Under the pieces are notes generated by a model that saw nothing but the letters and a program-made list of their open reading frames with translations, ran no database searches and was not told where the DNA came from. A DNA stretch of 63,194 nucleotides, from NCBI GenBank assembly GCA_944323275.1, contig CALUSA010000001.1, forward strand, positions 1-63,194, written 5' to 3'. The stretch comes from Candidatus Gastranaerophilales bacterium (GTDB taxonomy: Bacteria > Cyanobacteriota > Vampirovibrionia > Gastranaerophilales > Gastranaerophilaceae). Numbering within the stretch: the first letter of the stretch is position 1; each line of letters starts with the position of its first letter. Both the position numbers and the translations under genes were made by a program. Shown here one piece after another: positions 56,430-63,194 of this stretch.

Positions 56430-59400
56430 ATGAATTTTATAAAAATTATTCAAAAGAATAAAACATTTTTTACTGTTTTATTGTGTATAATATTTCTTCT
56501 ATATGCAGGTTTTGTTTTTGCCCTGCCGCATTTGTTGAACCTTAATAATTACAAAGATGATATAAAAAAACTGGCAGAACAAAATACAAAACTAAAACTT
56601 GATATAGCCGATATCCGCCTTGTAACCACACCGTCTTTAAAAGCCGGCGTAAATCTGAGCGGAGTTAGTATTGCATATCCTGACGGAAAAAATATAGCTA
56701 AATTTGATAATGCACAGGTAAAAATTGCGCTTTTGCCGCTTATTTTCAAAACACTTAAAATAAGTGACATAACACTGAATTCTCCTGAAGCTACACTCGT
56801 ATATCTGCCTGACGGACAAATCGATATTGTAAAATATATAGCTAAAAATTCAGAACAAAACGAACAGAGCATGCAGACAACTACTGCGGAACTTCCTGTT
56901 AAAATCAGCTCTAATCTGCCTGTTGTGACTGTCACAGATTATGCCTTCAATTTGCAAGATAAAAAATCATCAAATACATTTACACTAAAAGGTAACAATT
57001 TTGTTTTTGATAATGCGGTATTGAACAAACATTTCAGAGTCAGTGCCGACGGGAAAATTCTTATCAACAAAACCACAAATGCAAATTATGATATAAGACT
57101 CTCCTGTTTTTGGCCGGTAATAAATTCTGCTGATTCCGAACAGCAGAGCAGTACTACTCCTCAAATAGATTTTATACAGGAGATTGTAAAATATAATCCA
57201 GTGGCAGATATTAACGCTGATATTACTGCAAAAGAACATCAGGGACACATCGACCTTGACGGCTACCTTAATATAGACAAATTGAGCATTAAATTAAACG
57301 GAAAACAACTGCCTCAAAGTCATTTTCACTTACTTTCAAAAGGACATGCAACAGACATTGAGTCAGTTGTTTATGTCAGTGCCGATGAAAAAGCCAATAT
57401 AAAATCCAACATTACTACCGGCAAAAAGACAAATTTAAACATAAATATTGTTACCGATAAAATAAGTTTTTCCAGCATACAAAAATTTGCGATTGCTATT
57501 TTAAATTCTTTAAATATGCAAAATGACCTTGGTTCCGTAAAAGTAACAGGTCATTTAAAATCAGATTTTAATGTAAAAACCGATCTGAAAACCTTTGAAT
57601 CTTCGGGAACCTTTAATATTGCAGACGGTTCTATCGCTCACAAAATAATCCCCGTGACGATTAACAATATAACCGCTGACATTGATTTTTCTGAAAATGC
57701 TTTAAACATTAAAAACGCATATACCCTGATTAACGGCACAAGAATCAGTGCCAAAGGGTCTGTTGATTCTTCGTCCAATGCGGATATTTCAGTATTTTCG
57801 GACGATATAAATATTGCGCCTTTGTTCAATGCTTTTGCGCCGTCTGATATGAAAAAATCGTTTGTTTTAAACAGCGGAATACTTAATATTGATGTAATTT
57901 TAAAGGGTAAATTATCAGAAATTCATCCGGATATAGATGTTGCGCTCGCTAAATTTTTGCTTAAAACCAAAAAGCCTATGCCTGTAATATCTTTAAATAT
58001 ACCGTCGCTTAAGATTGATGTTGACCCCGAAACTGCTGTTATAAATCCGTGCGATATAATTTTTAATTCTTCAAAAATAAAAGTTGAAGGCAGTGTAAAA
58101 AACTATCTGAAAGACATGAAAATAGATATAACTGCAGACGGTTCTATAAAAGCAAACGATATAACAACACTTTTGCCTAAAGAAGCCAGAGCATTAATCG
58201 GTGCAAAGGGTGCAATTCCTTTAAAAGCTCTAATCAGCGGAAATGCTCAGGAAATTGACATAAAAGCACAGGCTTATCCCGATGCAAATAATTATTTTTC
58301 ACCTGTCAGTGTAAAAAAAATGACAGGCAAAACAGGTCTTTTAAATACCGAATTGACTTATTCAAACGATAACCTGAATATTTCCGAGGCGTCACTTTAT
58401 TTACCGTCACGCCAGAGTGTTTCCTCTGATTTTTCAAAAAACAAAAAAGGTGCGGCTAAAATTGCAGGCGTATCCGGCATAATTACAAACGTGTCTTCAA
58501 GTTACCCACAGATGAAATTGTTATTCACAATTCCGGAACCAGTAATTCTTTCTCACACGCTTATGCAGGATGCCTCGTTAACAGCAAGAGGGGATTTAAA
58601 TATTCTCGGCACATTAAATGCCCCTGCTTATAAAGGTTTCTTCTCTATAAAAGACATCAACCTTCCCTCTTTACTTACAAAGGTACAAGGAGTTGATTTA
58701 GAATTTAATGATAATACAATCAGTGCTAATATACAGAATCTTGATATAAACAAAACCGTGCTTAATATTATAGCCGACGCATCCGCTACCTTTGGCGATG
58801 TTTTTGTAATCAAATCAATGAAGCTTGCTAGCAATGATTTGAACGCAGACAATCTTTTTGCGGCAATGGAGAAGATGAATGCATTGTTTGCATCATCTTC
58901 CGGAAACACTTCTGCGGCAACGACGAAGGGTGGCAATGTCCTGCCTGTTAAAATTTCAAACGGTACGGCTGATATCAAAAAATTCACGATGAAACAAACA
59001 GGCGGCATATTTAATGCGTCAAATATTACAGGTAGTTTTACACTTGTTAACGACCTTGTCAAAATCCCTGACCTTAAAGCTGCTGTTTACGGCGGAACTG
59101 TAAATGCAGATGTAACATACAATATAAAAACAACCGCAATAACAGCAAATCTTAAAGGTCTAAAAATCGATGCAAATCAGTTTGTCAGTGTTTTTGCAGG
59201 ATTAAAAGACCAGATTTTAAGCAATATTGACTTTACGGCAAACGTAAAACTCAACGGCACTACATACGAACAGCAGATGAAATCCTTGAACGGTACTGTC
59301 GATTTTGAACTAAAAGACGGCCAGCTCGGCAGCCTCGGACGATTTGAAACCTTCCTTCAGGCTGATAACCTGTTATCGCAGAGTTTTGTTAAAACGCAGC

Positions 59401-60125
59401 TCGGCAGTGTAGTTAACACTGTATCACCTTATAACACCGGAAATTTTTCTTATCTTAACGGTAAAGTTCTGTTGTCAGGCGGAAAAGCTGTACTGGAACA
59501 GGTAAAAATGTCTGGTAACCACATGTCTTTATTGTTAAAGGGCACGGTTAATATACTTTCTCTTGATTCAAATATAGAAATTCTCGGTTCTTTATCAAAT
59601 GAAGTCATAACAGCTCTCGGACCTGTGGCAAACCTTTCAGTGGAAAAATTTGTTTCGTTGATTCCTAATTTCGGCACAAAGATTGCTTCTGCAATGAATG
59701 CATTTAACGAAGCAGCTAATAAAACCATTTTACAGACAATTCCTCAGCTCACACCTGCTAAAACAGGAACCAAATCCTTTAAAGTCAAGCTGAACGGCAA
59801 TCTTAACAAGCCGGTTAGTGCTTTTGACGGTTTTAAATGGCTAAATACGCCGGAGGTAATTCAAGAAGAAGAAACTGAGCTTACTCAACAAGCCCAGCAA
59901 AATACTGCAACTACAACCAAAGAAAGCACTCCCGTGCAGTCTTCTTCTCAAACAGCTTCTCAGTCAAAAGAACAAATAAAACAAAATATAGAGGAATCCG
60001 TTAAAAATAACGAAAAAGTACAGCAACTGCAGGAAAATAAAGCTGTAAAAGTACTGGGTGGAATTTATAATCTTTATAAAAAAACTAAAGAAACACAGCA
60101 GACACAAACAACACCGGCACAATGA
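56430..60125 (+). CDS. AsmA/TamB-like outer-membrane biogenesis protein
   Basis: N-terminal TM anchor and a 1231-aa beta-rich body. Shares blocks with 9511..13107: DGSIAHKIIPVTINNITADIDFSENALNIKN vs NASIAHKSIPLKITSVNALIDFSNNAVNIKQ, and KDGQLGSLGRFETFLQADNLLSQ vs KNGRLGQLGRFEHFLYAQNLLSQ. Confidence 0.65.
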   Translation: MNFIKIIQKNKTFFTVLLCIIFLLYAGFVFALPHLLNLNNYKDDIKKLAEQNTKLKLDIADIRLVTTPSLKAGVNLSGVSIAYPDGKNIAKFDNAQVKIALLPLIFKTLKISDITLNSPEATLVYLPDGQIDIVKYIAKNSEQNEQSMQTTTAELPVKISSNLPVVTVTDYAFNLQDKKSSNTFTLKGNNFVFDNAVLNKHFRVSADGKILINKTTNANYDIRLSCFWPVINSADSEQQSSTTPQIDFIQEIVKYNPVADINADITAKEHQGHIDLDGYLNIDKLSIKLNGKQLPQSHFHLLSKGHATDIESVVYVSADEKANIKSNITTGKKTNLNINIVTDKISFSSIQKFAIAILNSLNMQNDLGSVKVTGHLKSDFNVKTDLKTFESSGTFNIADGSIAHKIIPVTINNITADIDFSENALNIKNAYTLINGTRISAKGSVDSSSNADISVFSDDINIAPLFNAFAPSDMKKSFVLNSGILNIDVILKGKLSEIHPDIDVALAKFLLKTKKPMPVISLNIPSLKIDVDPETAVINPCDIIFNSSKIKVEGSVKNYLKDMKIDITADGSIKANDITTLLPKEARALIGAKGAIPLKALISGNAQEIDIKAQAYPDANNYFSPVSVKKMTGKTGLLNTELTYSNDNLNISEASLYLPSRQSVSSDFSKNKKGAAKIAGVSGIITNVSSSYPQMKLLFTIPEPVILSHTLMQDASLTARGDLNILGTLNAPAYKGFFSIKDINLPSLLTKVQGVDLEFNDNTISANIQNLDINKTVLNIIADASATFGDVFVIKSMKLASNDLNADNLFAAMEKMNALFASSSGNTSAATTKGGNVLPVKISNGTADIKKFTMKQTGGIFNASNITGSFTLVNDLVKIPDLKAAVYGGTVNADVTYNIKTTAITANLKGLKIDANQFVSVFAGLKDQILSNIDFTANVKLNGTTYEQQMKSLNGTVDFELKDGQLGSLGRFETFLQADNLLSQSFVKTQLGSVVNTVSPYNTGNFSYLNGKVLLSGGKAVLEQVKMSGNHMSLLLKGTVNILSLDSNIEILGSLSNEVITALGPVANLSVEKFVSLIPNFGTKIASAMNAFNEAANKTILQTIPQLTPAKTGTKSFKVKLNGNLNKPVSAFDGFKWLNTPEVIQEEETELTQQAQQNTATTTKESTPVQSSSQTASQSKEQIKQNIEESVKNNEKVQQLQENKAVKVLGGIYNLYKKTKETQQTQTTPAQ

Positions 60126-61438
60126 ACAAAATAACTAAAACATTAGCATTAATAATAACTCTAATAGTAGCAGCTACAAACTGCAATGCAGAGGAATTAA
60201 AAAAAATTGACCTCGATGACGCAATACAGCTTTCAATTTCCAACAATCTGGATTTGCAATCAGCAAGGATAGAGGTTGAACTGGCTAAAAACAATATAAA
60301 AAGTGCAAACAGGTTAAAAAATCCTGATGCAAACTTATTTTATAACTTTGGTAATGCAGGCAAAAGTGAACCGCAGCAGATAGGTATATCACAGACACTT
60401 GAAATAGCAAAACGTTCAGCACGCAAAAATTTTGCAAAATCTAATTTATACAAAAAAGAAACAGAAGTTAAACTCTCTGAGTTTACATTAGAAATGGATG
60501 TAAGAGAAACCTACGCAGATCTTGTAGGTGCAAAAACAATTTTAAACTGTCTTTTAGATCAAAAAAAATTATTAAAAGAGTTGTTAAATATTGCGCAAAA
60601 TAAATATAAAATAAACAAAGCCTCACAAACAGAAGTAATACAAGCTCAAATAGCACTAAATCAATTGGAAACCAAAATAAATTCGGCTAAAACTGTCGTA
60701 ACCACGGCAAGAAACAATTTTAATAAAACTCTTAATTTAAAAGAAGATACAGGTATTATATATGATACAAAAGAAGATAATCTTCCGGACGAAACCGTAT
60801 TTATTTCTTTAAAAACTCCGGATTTTAACAGTTCTATCCCGTCATTTGAGGAAATTGCTGCAAGAGCACTCGAAAAAAGGCTGGATATTCGTGCGGCAAA
60901 ACAGGAAATAGACATAGCTAAAAAGAATTTAACCGTGACACAAAGACAGCGAATTCCTGATATAGAAATCTCCGGCGGGTATTCTTATTTACCACAGTCG
61001 CACAGCGATACAGGACATTTTGAACCAGGTGCTTATGCGGCAGCAGGCATAAACAATATTCCGCTTTTTTACAATTACCAACCTGAAATAAAAAACGCTA
61101 AACTGCAGATTGAGCAGGCTCAAATAAATTATGAATCAGCAAAAAACAAAGCCCTCAAAGATCTTTCTTCAGCGTATGACAGGTTTGCAACCTCAAGAAC
61201 AAATCTTTTGTTTTACAAACAAAAACTTATTAAAGATTCAGAAGAACTTATAAAAATTTCAAAACGTAATTATGATGCAGGTAAATCTGATCTTACCTCT
61301 GTGATTGTTATGCAGCAGTCATATCAGGATATAATAACAGGCTATGTATATGCTCTGACAGACTATTATACAGACTGGATTGATTTTTTAAGAGAAGTTA
61401 ATAATGAAGACTTTGATTTAAACGGCGAAAATTTGTAA
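60122..61438 (+). CDS. TolC-family outer-membrane channel protein
   Basis: Signal peptide (IITLIVAATNCNA), IDLDDAIQLSISNNLDLQ start, RIPDIEISGGYSY mid-repeat. The ATG overlaps the upstream TGA (ATGA at 60122-60125). Confidence 0.8.
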   Translation: MNKITKTLALIITLIVAATNCNAEELKKIDLDDAIQLSISNNLDLQSARIEVELAKNNIKSANRLKNPDANLFYNFGNAGKSEPQQIGISQTLEIAKRSARKNFAKSNLYKKETEVKLSEFTLEMDVRETYADLVGAKTILNCLLDQKKLLKELLNIAQNKYKINKASQTEVIQAQIALNQLETKINSAKTVVTTARNNFNKTLNLKEDTGIIYDTKEDNLPDETVFISLKTPDFNSSIPSFEEIAARALEKRLDIRAAKQEIDIAKKNLTVTQRQRIPDIEISGGYSYLPQSHSDTGHFEPGAYAAAGINNIPLFYNYQPEIKNAKLQIEQAQINYESAKNKALKDLSSAYDRFATSRTNLLFYKQKLIKDSEELIKISKRNYDAGKSDLTSVIVMQQSYQDIITGYVYALTDYYTDWIDFLREVNNEDFDLNGENL

Positions 61439-61758
61439 ATTACACATTACAATCTAATATGCAAGCATTCCCTAAATGATTGCCTATTGATAATTTTTAT
61501 TATGTAGCGGCTTTGGCAAGTACACAGTGTCTAAAAAAAACTCAGCACACACTATGTAAAAATTCTACCGATAGCGGCTTAGAATTTTCACCGTTATGTT
61601 TTTCGATTACAACCGAAGAATTAAAAAAATTTTTACATAATAATTACCTGAAAATTCTTGTAAAAAATTACCCGTAAACCGTTATTTTATTTGTATTAAA
61701 AAATGGTTTGTATTACCATATATTTATGTAGTTAGAATTAGGCAATAGTATATACTAA

Positions 61759-63194
<1,436 letters not shown>

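Noticed and set aside
61480-61677. A 65-aa ORF in the spacer upstream of the pyruvate:ferredoxin oxidoreductase gene.
   Set aside because: It has a non-ATG start, no RBS and an implausible sequence. The region is better explained as the long promoter/leader of a highly expressed gene.

Overview
This is an AT-rich ~63 kb chromosomal stretch with about 50 tightly packed CDS on both strands. I saw no rRNA, tRNA, CRISPR array, transposase, integrase or prophage signature. All homology calls rest on motifs I recognise by eye, since no searches were run.

Housekeeping genes:
- tRNA and translation: mnmA, tadA, aspS, hpf.
- DNA repair and RNA processing: mutL, rnhC.
- Biosynthesis: leuD-leuB, a separate leuC, and nadA.
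- Anaerobic metabolism: hydE, an Fe-alcohol dehydrogenase, and a 5'-partial pyruvate:ferredoxin oxidoreductase that the ORF track missed because it runs off the 3' edge.
- Transcription: an RpoD-like sigma factor.

These are interleaved with many cell-envelope genes:
- two AsmA/TamB-like giants,
- two TolC-family barrels,
- an OmpH/Skp-family chaperone,
- a LolA-like carrier,
- a prepilin-type protein,
- a secreted GH13 amylase.

The host is therefore a low-GC, outer-membrane-bearing, probably anaerobic bacterium. The pilin leader style, PFOR and HydE suggest a gut-type Melainabacteria-like lineage, but that is a weak inference.

Most interesting loci:
1. A six-gene, ketosynthase-less module. 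Its gene order mirrors the ACP-ACP-membrane-adenylase/dehydratase-thioesterase-LolA core of aryl-polyene clusters (20852-24399).
2. An XRE-headed glycan operon. Four consecutive enzymes carry the same ~28-aa basic 'IFSVKN..HKVVTVLGxKxKxK' terminal tag, and two copies are also similar at the DNA level (2440-7687).
3. An AsmA/TamB-like gene translationally coupled to a TolC-family gene (56430-61438).
4. A transmembrane-less FtsH-type AAA+/M41 protease with an unrecognised ~290-aa N-terminal domain (49241-51520).
5. A 1093-aa signal-less LysM-LysM-SLT-like-Cys/His hydrolase-like protein containing a near-identical internal DNA repeat (44250-47531).
6. A paralogous pair of secreted helical/glycine-zipper proteins followed by an unknown Cys/His protein (53172-55660).
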